Assembly (NCBI GenBank): GCA_050949565.1
Contig: JBMNFY010000008.1
Span: 320,001-384,000, forward strand
DNA: 64,000 nucleotides
Reading direction: 5' to 3'
Source of the DNA: Kiritimatiellia bacterium
Lineage (GTDB): Bacteria; Verrucomicrobiota; Kiritimatiellia; RFP12; UBA1067
Shown one piece after another: positions 44,427 through 54,117 of the stretch (position 1 is the stretch's first letter; the number at the start of each line of letters is the position of its first letter). Position numbers and translations under genes: made by a program. The notes under the pieces are model-generated. The model saw nothing but the letters and a program-made list of their open reading frames with translations, was not told the DNA's origin and ran no database searches.

Positions 44427-45257
44427 ATGGCCGACTTTTCACCAGAAACCTCGATCTGGAGGGCTGTGGCTTGCGCTTTGCTTGCCGGCGCGGCGTTGCT
44501 CGGATTCGCCGCCGATACCACTATCGTATCGCGTCAGGCGGATCTCGTCGCGAATCGTACACCCGGCATCTGGCCTGTTGTCAGTCACGCGACGGACCGT
44601 CTCCCGCGCCGCGTTGTGGTCGGCCTCTTCAACTGGGAGAACACGGAGAAGCGCTTCGACGTGCCTCTTGTTGCGTTGGGACTGCCTGAAGCGGGCACCT
44701 ACATCGCGTTCGACCTCTGGCGCAACGCGCTCACCCCGCCCTTTCAAGGCCGCCTCGTCCACACACTTCAGCCGCAGGGCAGTACCGTGCTGACCGTGCG
44801 TCCGGTGCTCGACCGCCCGCAACTCATCGCCACCTCGCGCCACATCAAACAAGGACTGCTTGATGTCACTACCGAGCGTTGGGATGCCACCACACGCACC
44901 CTCTCAGGGGTCAGCGAAACAGTCGCTGGCGACCGTTATGAGCTATGCATCCTCACCTACACAAACGATGCCGCCGCGCCGGGGCATCCCGCGCGCGGCT
45001 TCGTAGTAGAATCCGCCGGCATCACCGGTGCCAACGGTTATGAGCTGGTCATCGCGCCCGGCGATGGCGTTGCGATGCGCCCGGATGACGCCTACGCCAA
45101 CCCCAACACGCCGGACGCCCCGATGACAACACTGTACGAGCCGGTGGCTGAAAAAGGGCTCGTACGCTTTGCCTTTATCAGTGGAAGCGGCGGCTCGGTC
45201 TCGTGGCGCGTCACTTTCTCTGACCGCCCCGCACCGGCCGCCGCCGATCTCCGTTGA
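44427..45257 (+). CDS. Secreted protein resembling the C-terminal beta-sandwich region of alpha-galactosidases, without a catalytic domain
   Basis: Signal peptide then VVGLFNW...LGL...YIAFDLW...RPQLIATSRHIKQG; recognised by eye only. Confidence 0.55.
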   Translation: MADFSPETSIWRAVACALLAGAALLGFAADTTIVSRQADLVANRTPGIWPVVSHATDRLPRRVVVGLFNWENTEKRFDVPLVALGLPEAGTYIAFDLWRNALTPPFQGRLVHTLQPQGSTVLTVRPVLDRPQLIATSRHIKQGLLDVTTERWDATTRTLSGVSETVAGDRYELCILTYTNDAAAPGHPARGFVVESAGITGANGYELVIAPGDGVAMRPDDAYANPNTPDAPMTTLYEPVAEKGLVRFAFISGSGGSVSWRVTFSDRPAPAAADLR

Positions 45258-45259
45258 AC

Positions 45260-46555
45260 TTAGAGTTCGCGGATGTAGATGTTCTTGAACTCAATCGGAT
45301 CGCCGTGGCACTGCAACTCGATCTGCTCCTTGGGGAAGATCGGCTGATTGCGATCCCAGTAGTTCTCCAAGACCGTGTTGTCCACGACCAGCACATCGTT
45401 CAACTTGACCGTCACCTTGTCGCCGACCATCTTGATGTAGAAGGTGTTCCAGTCGCCGATCTGACGGTCGGCAATCGCGAGCGCCTTGCTCGGATTATTC
45501 TTGTTGTTGTACAGACCGCCGGAGCCGATGTTCCACTGGTTGTGCGGATCCCAGATTTGCACTTGCGGCGAACCGCGCAGGTAGAGTCCGCTGTCGCCGC
45601 GCACGGTCAACAGCCGCCAGTCAACCCACATCTCGAAATCGCCGTAGTCCTTGGCCGTGGCCAGGCTATACCCTTTGCCGTCAAAGTAGAGCGTGCCGCC
45701 ATCGCGCACATGCCAGCTCTTGCGCATCTCCTCGTCGGCCTTCACCTGCATCTCGGCGCGCTTCTCGGGCGAAGCCTTCTGACGGACGATCGGATTGTCA
45801 AACTTCTCAGCGCGGGTCACGCCCTTCCAGTTCGTCAGGTCCTTGCCATTGAACAGTGCGGTGAATCCGGGCGGCGGCGTATTGTCGGTCGGCTTCACCA
45901 CCTTGTAATCAGCCGGGACCTCTTTGATACGGATATTGCGCCAGTCCACGCGTGTACCGTGTCCCAGCCAGCCGATATGCCCCTTGGCATTGTGCAGGCC
46001 GGGATGCGGCCTCTTGTCCATCGTCTCTGTGATGGTGGAGAGATCGGCATCCACAATCACCTCGCCGTTCAGGATCACCGTGATTCTTGATCCAATCGCG
46101 CGGACCTCCTGAACATTCCACTGGCCGACCTTTTTCTGGAAACCGCGTTTGGCTGGCACCACGCCATAGATCGAGCCGTGGTACTGATACGGTTGCAGCT
46201 TGGTGTACTGCGGTCCCGAATCATCAAGAATCTGCAATTCCATCGCGTTGTAGGCCGCATCCCCCCCCAACGGCGCACGAACGGCCAGCCCGTTATTGGA
46301 GTTGGTGTACAGCAGAAATTCGAAACGCAGAATGAAGTTGTCGTACTCCTTGGCGGACATCAGCTTGCCACCCTTTTTCGGATTACAGTAGAGAATTCCG
46401 TTCTCCACATTGTACCCGTCGGTCGCGCCGACCCATCCGGTCAAATCCTTGCCGTTGAACAGCGAGACGAAACCTTCCTCGAGAGCCGGTCCGTCCGCGT
46501 GCATCGTCCAGACGCCCGCCAACGTAACCGCGCATGCTACGAACAGATGCTTCAT
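45260..46555 (-). CDS. Tandem DUF1080 (3-keto-disaccharide hydrolase-like) secreted protein
   Basis: Two domains starting LFNGKDLTGW / LFNGKDLTNW, ELQILD, GHIGWLGHG, IELQCHG, FKNIYIREL. Confidence 0.9.
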   Translation of the reverse strand: MKHLFVACAVTLAGVWTMHADGPALEEGFVSLFNGKDLTGWVGATDGYNVENGILYCNPKKGGKLMSAKEYDNFILRFEFLLYTNSNNGLAVRAPLGGDAAYNAMELQILDDSGPQYTKLQPYQYHGSIYGVVPAKRGFQKKVGQWNVQEVRAIGSRITVILNGEVIVDADLSTITETMDKRPHPGLHNAKGHIGWLGHGTRVDWRNIRIKEVPADYKVVKPTDNTPPPGFTALFNGKDLTNWKGVTRAEKFDNPIVRQKASPEKRAEMQVKADEEMRKSWHVRDGGTLYFDGKGYSLATAKDYGDFEMWVDWRLLTVRGDSGLYLRGSPQVQIWDPHNQWNIGSGGLYNNKNNPSKALAIADRQIGDWNTFYIKMVGDKVTVKLNDVLVVDNTVLENYWDRNQPIFPKEQIELQCHGDPIEFKNIYIREL

Positions 46556-46717
46556 GTGTTTGTGCCCCTTTTCTCGTTTTACTGGCAGGAGCTCCTGCCA
46601 TCACTTTTACCTACCCATTAAAATCGAATACCCGCCGAAAAGCAATACACGTTTTTTACCGTCGCCTTTCCCGAATTGCAATCAGCGCTTTCATGATGTC
46701 GTCCATGCCGTCGCTGC

Positions 46718-49219
46718 TCACTCTGTCCCCTGCCCTGCCTTGATCCTGAGAATCGTGAACGAATACGCGGGAAGTGTCACCTGCGAACCTGCACCCGGAA
46801 TGTCAAGCGTGTCCTCTTGCGGCGCGATCTTGCGCGGCTCCTCCATCGTATTGACATCGTCCGGCCGACCGGCCAGCGTGATGCGCCGCGCCTTCTGCGC
46901 CTGCACATTCGCGCCTGCCAAATTGAGCGCGAGCGTCACCGGCGCGTTGTGCGGATTGACGCCCTTCACCACGATCTCGCCCGCCGTCCTGTCATAGCCG
47001 GCCACGAGATAAGCGCGCGCCGTCTGTCCGTTCGGCAGCAGCCGGTCAAAGAGCGGCTGGCCGTCAAGCCAAGCGCGAACACGTTCGCCCTCAAGCTGGA
47101 TCTTGATCGCATACCAGCGTCCGGTCTCAATCGATCCGGGCTGGCAGATAATCCGATTCTGTCCGTTCTGTTCGATGCCGTGTTCCTTGTTGTCCCAACC
47201 ACCGAGGTTCAGATGAATCATCTTATCGCGTTGGTCGCGGACGCGGATGATAAAACCCTCCTTGCCCGATAATTTGCGGGCGTTGAGTTCGAGCGTGTAG
47301 TTCTCCCACGACGCGCCCGCGATGAAACTGATAACGGTCTCCCGTACCGTCGCATCGGATTGACGCAACACACCATCCTTGACCGACCACACGCCCTCCT
47401 TGGGCTTCGACCAGCCCCTCGTGCCCGCCTTCGGATCAAAGGTGTAGAGGGTCTCGCCGCCGCGCGTGACGCGGATGTCCTTAAATTCGGCAGCCGTCTC
47501 CCATGTGTGCAGCCCGATCGTCCCCGTCGGCGGTAGCGGCGCGAGATTGTCCGGCACTTCTACAGGCAGCAGCACATCCGGCAGGTTGTTCATAAACAAT
47601 TTCTGCACGTAATATGAAGGCGTGCCAAAGACGCGCGTGTTGTCGAACCAAATGAGATCGATGCCCCACTGCTTGCTACCGATCTTGTTGAAGAGCGGCG
47701 CATAGGCCGCCATACACACCACATCCGAGTTACGCTCAAATCCGGTCATCGCGGCCGCTTCACACAGCGCGGCGAGCAGGTTGTTCTTGCGGTCACGCGT
47801 ATGGCAGGCGTATTCGCCGACATAGACCTTCGGGCCGTTACGGTCATAGCGGTCGTAGCGCGTTGCCTGAGCCAGAAACCACTCCGGCGGCTTGTAGTAG
47901 TGCTCGTCCACCAGTTCGGCCTTCATCTCCGTCAACCGGTTCCACGCCAACTCGAATGTCGGTCCCTCGGGGGCTGCACCGGCAGAGGAGATAAGCGTGA
48001 TCTCGGGGTGTTTGGCCTTGAGCGCCTTGGCGATGATCTCGTAGCGATCGAGGAACGGATGATCCCAGTTCTCATTGCCGATCCCCAGATACTTGAGATT
48101 GAAGGGCGCGGGATGGCCCATCTCGGCGCGTACGCGACCCCACGGTGTGTCCGGTGCGCCGTTGGCAAACTCGATCAGGTCGAGAGCGTCGCGGATCACC
48201 AGATCAAGGCTGTCGAGCGGCAGATACTCCGTCGGCTTGCGGAACTGACAGGTCAAGCCCGCGGCCAAGATCGGTAGTGGCTCGGCGCCGAGATCCTCGG
48301 CCATTTGAAAGTATTCGTAATAGCCCAGTCCGTGGCTCTGCCAGTACCCCCAGAGGTTGTGGTTCACCGCGCGGCGTTCCAGCGGTCCGACCGTGCGTTT
48401 CCAGTGATACTGTGTCTCAAAGCTACGTCCTTCCACTAGACAGCCGCCAGGGAAGCGCAGGGTCGCGGGTTTCAACTCTGCCAGCATCTCCATCAGGTCT
48501 TTGCGGAGTCCGTTCTTGCGGCCCTTGTAGGTGTCTTGCGGGAAAAGCGAAACCAGATCGAGATCCACGGTACCGCGCGCATCGAGCAACACCACGAGCC
48601 GCGCGTTCGTCACCGTCGCGGTCGGCGTGAAGAGCGCCTCGTAACGCGCCCAAGGCGCAGGCGGCGGCGAGTCCAGCGGCGAAGCGATCCGCCCATCTGG
48701 ACACGTCGTCTTCCAAGCCTCCTTCGCGATACGGAACGCAGCCAGCGACTGCCGCTGCGCATCTTCCAGTTGCACGGTGAGCCCGCCCGCATAGTCGGCG
48801 TGCCGACGCGCGTAGAAGGAGAGCGCATACGTTTTGCCCTGCTGCACCGCGATGCCGCCGAAGCCGTCATTGGCGACGCCCGCGCCTTGGCCTGGCGCGT
48901 AACACTCGATACGCAGATACTGGAAGGTGTTGGGATGCACCGGATCGGCCCCCTGCAGCGACACCCTCCCCATCGCCCCGTCGCGCCATTCACGCGACCA
49001 TCCTTCAGGTCCCTGCGTACGCCAGTCGAATCCCCGGTTCGCGATCAACTCAGGATAGAGGCCACCATCAGCCGCATAATTGATGTCCTCAAAAAAGATG
49101 CCGTAGAGCGTTCGCGGAATCGCATGCCCCGGCCTATCTGCCCGCACCGTGACGGACAGAGGCTCCTGAGCGTATCCCACCAACACCGCCATCGCACAAC
49201 CGACCAACACTTTTTTCAT
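46718..49219 (-). CDS. Alpha-L-arabinofuranosidase (GH51)
   Basis: YGIFFEDINYAADGGLYPELI, LRFPGGC, YLGIGNEN, VDEHYY, YVGEYA, YAPLF, TPSYYVQ. Confidence 0.93.
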   Translation of the reverse strand: MKKVLVGCAMAVLVGYAQEPLSVTVRADRPGHAIPRTLYGIFFEDINYAADGGLYPELIANRGFDWRTQGPEGWSREWRDGAMGRVSLQGADPVHPNTFQYLRIECYAPGQGAGVANDGFGGIAVQQGKTYALSFYARRHADYAGGLTVQLEDAQRQSLAAFRIAKEAWKTTCPDGRIASPLDSPPPAPWARYEALFTPTATVTNARLVVLLDARGTVDLDLVSLFPQDTYKGRKNGLRKDLMEMLAELKPATLRFPGGCLVEGRSFETQYHWKRTVGPLERRAVNHNLWGYWQSHGLGYYEYFQMAEDLGAEPLPILAAGLTCQFRKPTEYLPLDSLDLVIRDALDLIEFANGAPDTPWGRVRAEMGHPAPFNLKYLGIGNENWDHPFLDRYEIIAKALKAKHPEITLISSAGAAPEGPTFELAWNRLTEMKAELVDEHYYKPPEWFLAQATRYDRYDRNGPKVYVGEYACHTRDRKNNLLAALCEAAAMTGFERNSDVVCMAAYAPLFNKIGSKQWGIDLIWFDNTRVFGTPSYYVQKLFMNNLPDVLLPVEVPDNLAPLPPTGTIGLHTWETAAEFKDIRVTRGGETLYTFDPKAGTRGWSKPKEGVWSVKDGVLRQSDATVRETVISFIAGASWENYTLELNARKLSGKEGFIIRVRDQRDKMIHLNLGGWDNKEHGIEQNGQNRIICQPGSIETGRWYAIKIQLEGERVRAWLDGQPLFDRLLPNGQTARAYLVAGYDRTAGEIVVKGVNPHNAPVTLALNLAGANVQAQKARRITLAGRPDDVNTMEEPRKIAPQEDTLDIPGAGSQVTLPAYSFTILRIKAGQGTE

Positions 49220-49334
49220 CAGTCACCCCTTTTCCGGCATCATACCAATTCCAAAGACGGACCGACAAGGGCGGCATTTGCGGTTTCTGTTTCCTAGTTG
49301 TGCGGGAATTCGCTAACATGTGGACGTTTTTGAA

Positions 49335-49352
49335 TCGTGAAGAACCGCACAA
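49335..49352. promoter_or_regulatory. Putative Rex operator
   Basis: TCGTGAA-GAAC-CGCACAA matches 11/14 positions of TTGTGAA-N4-TTCACAA, 14 nt upstream of the rex ATG. Confidence 0.55.
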
Positions 49353-49366
49353 CACAAGGATGCTCC

Positions 49367-50011
49367 ATGAGCAGGGCGCAAAAAAATGAGATCGGCGACC
49401 GGATGGTCAAGCGGCTCCCCCTGTATCTGCGCGTGCTGCGCGAGATGGCAGACCGTGGCGACATCTATGCGTCAGGCGCGGTCGTCGCCAAGACGCTGTC
49501 GCTGGATCCGATCGTGGTCCGCAAAGACCTGTCGCAAACCGGCGTGCGCGGCAAACCGCGCCTCGGCTTCCCGTTGATCGAGATTATCGACGCCATCGAG
49601 AATTATCTCGGATGGGACGCGCCCACTGAAGCGGTGCTGGCTGGCGCGGGTCGCTTGGGTTCGGCGCTGCTGGGCTATCCGGGATTCCGCGAACACGGCT
49701 TCAAGATCCTCGCCGCGTTTGATGTCGCCCCAAAACGGCGTAACCTGATCGCCGGCATCCCGGTCTATCCTGCTTCGCAGATCACCGAAACCGTGCGCCG
49801 CCTGAAGGTCGAGTTGGGCATCCTCACGGTTCCGGCCGACCAAGCGCAAAGCGTAGCCGACGCCTTGATCGCGGGCGGCGTGCGCGGCATCTGGAATTTC
49901 ACGCCGGTGCAAATCATCGTGCCCCCAGAGGTCACGGTCAAACGTGAGGACCTTGCAGCCAGCCTCGCCGTGCTCTCGCGCCGCCTGCGCCAAGGAGACA
50001 AAGAACGATGA
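49367..50011 (+). CDS. rex: Redox-sensing transcriptional repressor Rex
   Basis: RLPLYLRVL, VRKDLS, GAGRLGSAL Rossmann motif, ILTVP, GIWNFTP. Confidence 0.95.
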   Translation: MSRAQKNEIGDRMVKRLPLYLRVLREMADRGDIYASGAVVAKTLSLDPIVVRKDLSQTGVRGKPRLGFPLIEIIDAIENYLGWDAPTEAVLAGAGRLGSALLGYPGFREHGFKILAAFDVAPKRRNLIAGIPVYPASQITETVRRLKVELGILTVPADQAQSVADALIAGGVRGIWNFTPVQIIVPPEVTVKREDLAASLAVLSRRLRQGDKER

Positions 50012-51180
50012 TCACAGGTATCGATGTCCTGAGCGCCAAACGCTTCGATCTGCTGCGCAACCGCCGCGTGGGCCTGCTCAGCCACCAGGCCGCGCTGACG
50101 GCGAACGGTGCGACTTCAGCCCAACTCCTGCACCGTGCCCTCGGCTCGCGCCTGACAGCCCTCTACGGACCGGAACACGGTTTCTTCGGACAGGCCAGCG
50201 CGGGTGAACACACCTTTTCCCGACGTCACCCAGACTGGGACATCCCGGTTTACGCGCTCTACGGCGAACGCAGCGCGCCCACACCCGAGATGCTGGAGGG
50301 CATCGATGTGATGGTCTGCGATTTGCAGGACTTGGGCGTGCGCTGCTACACCTATCTCGCCACACTGCGCAACATGCTGGAGGCATGCGCAGCCGCGCAG
50401 GTGGAGGTGGTCGTGACCGATCGTCCGATCCCGCTGCCGCACGCGGTGGACGGACCGATGCTCGACCCGCGCTTCGCCAGTTTCGTCGCTCCCTGCCCCC
50501 TGCCGCTGGTCTACGGTATGACGCCGGCCGAAACCGCGCTCTGGCTGCGCCAAACGCTTAAGCTGGACCTAAACCTGCAAGTAGTGCCGATGGCGGAGTG
50601 GCAACGCGACGACGCCGCGTGGGACGGCTCGCGTCCCGCCTTCCTCCCTCCCTCGCCGGGCATCAAGACGTGGGAGAGCGCGATGACCTACGCAGCCACG
50701 GTTTTCACGGAAGCCCTGCCGGGTATCGACTGCGGCCGGAATACCAACCTCGCCTTCCGCGTGCTGGGCGCACCTTGGTTGCGGGCCGAAGCCTTTTGCC
50801 AACGCATGGCGCGTCGGCCACTGCCCGGCATGACGCTCCACCCTCACCGTTATACCGCAGGCACAGGCACCCACGCCGGCCGGGAGTTCGACGGCGTACG
50901 CCTGACCGTCACCGACCCCGTGCGCGCACGACCTGCCGAGGTTTCCCTGCTTTTGCTGCACGCGCTCGCAGAGGAGTACGGCAAGGCGCGCGTGTGGCGT
51001 CACAAAGGCGTGCGCCCCAACTGGTTTGACAAGCTCTACGGCACCGACCGCACGCGCCAACAACTGCTAGCAGATACGCCGCCGTCCGCGATCTTCAGCG
51101 AGTGGCGCAAGTCCCGGCGTGCGTTTGAACGCGCGCGTTCCAACTGTCTGCTCTACAAGGACAAGACCGAATGCGTCTAA
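50008..51180 (+). CDS. DUF1343 / NamZ exo-beta-N-acetylmuramidase family protein
   Basis: GIDVL, YGPEHGFFG, DLQDLGVRCYTY, DRP, YGMT, PPSP motifs. Confidence 0.88.
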   Translation: MITGIDVLSAKRFDLLRNRRVGLLSHQAALTANGATSAQLLHRALGSRLTALYGPEHGFFGQASAGEHTFSRRHPDWDIPVYALYGERSAPTPEMLEGIDVMVCDLQDLGVRCYTYLATLRNMLEACAAAQVEVVVTDRPIPLPHAVDGPMLDPRFASFVAPCPLPLVYGMTPAETALWLRQTLKLDLNLQVVPMAEWQRDDAAWDGSRPAFLPPSPGIKTWESAMTYAATVFTEALPGIDCGRNTNLAFRVLGAPWLRAEAFCQRMARRPLPGMTLHPHRYTAGTGTHAGREFDGVRLTVTDPVRARPAEVSLLLLHALAEEYGKARVWRHKGVRPNWFDKLYGTDRTRQQLLADTPPSAIFSEWRKSRRAFERARSNCLLYKDKTECV

Positions 51181-52151
51181 TCACCGTGAGCCTGCTTGCC
51201 TGTCTAACCTCTACGCGGGTGAATACCGCACCGATCCACTTCACGCACATGGCCGATGCCTCAGCAGGTGAAAGCGTGGGCCATGACTTGATCGTCGTAG
51301 CCAATGACGAGGACAACCTGCTGCGCGTCTACCGCCTGCCGGACGGCGGCGCACCGATCACGGCGTGGGACCTCAGTCCGTATATGGCATTGGAAAAGAA
51401 ATCGCCAGAGATGGACATCGAAGGTTCGGCCCGTATCGCTGACACGATCTACTGGATCACCTCGCATGCCCCCAACAAGCAAGGCAAGGCGCGGCCCAAT
51501 CGCAAGCGCTTCTTCGCAACGCGCATTCGCCTAGAAAAAGGCCAGCCGCGCTTCGAGCCGGTCGGCAACCCCGTAACCACACTGCTGGAGGCGCTTGACC
51601 GCGATCCTCGCTACGCAGCCTTCGGCCTGACCGCCGCCGCGCTCAAACCGCCCAAAACTCCGGGCAGCCTCAATATCGAAGCGCTCTGCGCAACCGAAAG
51701 CGGCGGACTGCTGATCGGCTTCCGCTCGCCCGTGCCCGGCGGTGCCGCATTGCTCGCCCCGCTCGAAAATCCGGCCGAGACGGTCAACGGCCAGCCGCCA
51801 CGTTTCGGCGCACCGATACTGCTGAATCTCGGCGGCAACGGCATCCGCGCCATGATCCGCACGGCGGACGGCTTCCTCATCATGTCGGGTTCGGCGCTGA
51901 GTGGCGGCGAAGCGCGCCTTTACACGTGGAACGGGCGGAGCGACACGCCGCCCGTCCTGCGCCCCATCCGCTTTCCGTCCGACACCACGCCCGAAGGCTT
52001 GATCGCGATCGAGCATAACGGCGTCGCCGACATCCTGATACTCAGCGACGACGGCACGCAACTGGTAGACGGACAACCGGCCAAGGGCCATCCCGACCCT
52101 GCCCGCCGCACCTTCCGCGGCTTTCTGTTGAGTGGCCTCAAAACCCAATAG
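51171..52151 (+). CDS. DUF3616-like beta-propeller protein
   Basis: ANDEDN, DIEG, YWITSH, LNIEAL, IGFRSP, PEG, LSDDG motifs. Confidence 0.7.
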   Translation: MRLITVSLLACLTSTRVNTAPIHFTHMADASAGESVGHDLIVVANDEDNLLRVYRLPDGGAPITAWDLSPYMALEKKSPEMDIEGSARIADTIYWITSHAPNKQGKARPNRKRFFATRIRLEKGQPRFEPVGNPVTTLLEALDRDPRYAAFGLTAAALKPPKTPGSLNIEALCATESGGLLIGFRSPVPGGAALLAPLENPAETVNGQPPRFGAPILLNLGGNGIRAMIRTADGFLIMSGSALSGGEARLYTWNGRSDTPPVLRPIRFPSDTTPEGLIAIEHNGVADILILSDDGTQLVDGQPAKGHPDPARRTFRGFLLSGLKTQ

Positions 52152-52178
52152 TCCTGCAAAAAATCCCAAATCCTATTT

Positions 52179-52549
52179 GACATGATTAACATGATTATTG
52201 TGCCGTGCGCGGCGTGGCGGCGAAATCTGGAGTGCGGTGACAAGAGCCGCGCTGTGCGCGGGTCGCGGCACCGCTTTCTCTCCGCGCCGTGCGCGGGCAC
52301 ACTGTCGAATACACTTAGTCGCCACACCTAGTGCTTTGTTTCATTTGTACAGCGACACTAAAGGGCATGGCTACGGTAATAATTGATTCGCATTAGTTTG
52401 TCTGGGAGCACGCTGTTCCCAAAAAACCTCCGTGTTCTCTGTGCCTCTGTGAGAGAAAAAAGCCGAGCCATGCTCCCAAAAATCCTTCGTGCCCTTCGTG
52501 CCTTTGTGTGAGAAAAAACAGAGCAGTACCCCCTGTCACTGACCGATTA
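52179..52549. repeat. Composite repeat region between convergent genes
   Basis: GACATGATT module plus GGAGTGCGG REP (52179-52277); triplet-linker array at 52390-52549 ending in the inverted boundary motif. Confidence 0.8.
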
Positions 52550-52561
52550 AGTTTCAACCGC

Positions 52562-53848
52562 TCAACGTTCGCCGATCCGGTAGAGGTGCGTCTTGGAACG
52601 CAGAATGAGATCGTTGGCAACCACAGCCGGTGAGGCCATGAATCCGGTTTTCAATCGGTTGTCGGCCAGCATCTCAAAGGTCCGGCGCCCCGCTCGCAGG
52701 ACCGTGGTCTTGCCGGAAACACCGAAACAATAAATGCGGTCGCCACTGCACAACAGCGAAGCCTGATAGTTGCCGCCGACCATCTGCCGCCAGACGGCCT
52801 TGCCGGATGCGATTTCGAAACAGGTCAGGGCACCATAGTCCGAAACCATGTAGCCCAGTCCGCCGTATGCCACCGGCGAGGCCGTAAGCGGCACATCTTT
52901 GCCGCTGACACGCCAAGCGACATGACTGGCAGTCACGTCGCCGCGACCGTCTGGACGTACTCCGATCATCTCGGGTACCCCGAGCCCGGTAGCCACCACC
53001 ACCAGACCGTTGGCATAGATCGGACTCACCACCGACGTATGCGATGTGTGCGTCACACGCCAAAGCTCCCGTCCATCCTCTGGCGCATAGGCAAAGAGCG
53101 CGGTGGAGGCCGGGCTGATCATCTGCTGGCGTCCGTTCACCTCGATGACGATGGGCGTGGCGAACCCTTTGCGGAAATCCCCCTCGCGCTTGGGCTTGCC
53201 GTTCGCGTCGAGATCCTTCCACTCGATCACGCGATCAGTGCGCCAGACCGTCTTGCCGGTACGTGTGTCCAGCGCGATGAGGTACTGCTGATCGACGCCG
53301 TCAAAAGTGAGGATAAGCAGATTACGGTAAAGTAGCATTGACGAACCCGGTCCGCGGTAGTGGCGGCAGGTCAGGTCTTCGCGTTTCCAAAGCACCTCCC
53401 CGCTCGCGGCATCCAGACACGCCGTACCGTAGCTACCGAAATTGACATAGACCCGACCGGATTCAATCGCCGGCGAGGGCGAAGCGTAACCATTGACGTT
53501 ATTGCCAAGCGGTTCCGGCGCATCGCAGCGGAAAAGCGGCAACGTGTGCAGAATGCGTCCGGTTTCAGCCTCCACGCAATAGGCGGAAAACAGATGCCCG
53601 TCGTGCGTGGCGCTGGTCAGCCAGATGCGTCCCTCCATCACGACAGGCGTCGACCAGCCGGAGTCCGGAATCGCCGTCTTCCAGCGGACGTTATTGGTCT
53701 CGCTCCAGTGCAAAGGCAACTCGCGGCTAACAACTGAACCATCGCCGCGCGGCCCGCGAAACATCGTCCACGCCTCTTCAGCGGCCAAACAGCTCCCCGC
53801 CAACACCCCCACCAATCCTATGACGATTGCTTTCACACCGCCAAGCAT
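52562..53848 (-). CDS. PQQ-like (BamB-type) beta-propeller protein
   Basis: WTMFRGPRGDG, WSETNNVRWK, GWSTPV, repeated GxxxW blades; start at ATG 53848 or GTG 53836. Confidence 0.88.
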   Translation of the reverse strand: MLGGVKAIVIGLVGVLAGSCLAAEEAWTMFRGPRGDGSVVSRELPLHWSETNNVRWKTAIPDSGWSTPVVMEGRIWLTSATHDGHLFSAYCVEAETGRILHTLPLFRCDAPEPLGNNVNGYASPSPAIESGRVYVNFGSYGTACLDAASGEVLWKREDLTCRHYRGPGSSMLLYRNLLILTFDGVDQQYLIALDTRTGKTVWRTDRVIEWKDLDANGKPKREGDFRKGFATPIVIEVNGRQQMISPASTALFAYAPEDGRELWRVTHTSHTSVVSPIYANGLVVVATGLGVPEMIGVRPDGRGDVTASHVAWRVSGKDVPLTASPVAYGGLGYMVSDYGALTCFEIASGKAVWRQMVGGNYQASLLCSGDRIYCFGVSGKTTVLRAGRRTFEMLADNRLKTGFMASPAVVANDLILRSKTHLYRIGER

Positions 53849-53910
53849 GCCCAAACCGCCCTGCATAGTCAAGCGAGTCTTGAGCCCCTGAAGGTGAAGA
53901 TGGGATACCG

Positions 53911-54055
53911 TTTTTTTAGACATGATTTCCCGCTGCGCGGGCGCATAAACGACATGATTGACATGATTGATGAACGTTGTGCCGTGCGTGGCGCGGCAGA
54001 AAAATTTGGAGTGCGGTGACAAGAGTCGCGCTGTGCGCGGGCGCGGCACCGCTTT
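53911..54055. repeat. MITE-like composite repeat
   Basis: Direct copy of 52179-52277 and inverted copy of 25165-25300. Confidence 0.8.
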
Positions 54056-54117
54056 ACACCCACGCCCACCCAGTCCTCATTTTACTCCCGCAATGGGATC
54101 TACATTCCACTTCCGAC

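Noticed and set aside
53849-54049. N-terminal extension of the beta-propeller ORF, and similar extensions of rsmH, murF, mraZ and both GH2 ORFs
   Set aside because: The extensions run through repeats, promoters or neighbouring genes; downstream starts fit the signal peptides and family N-termini
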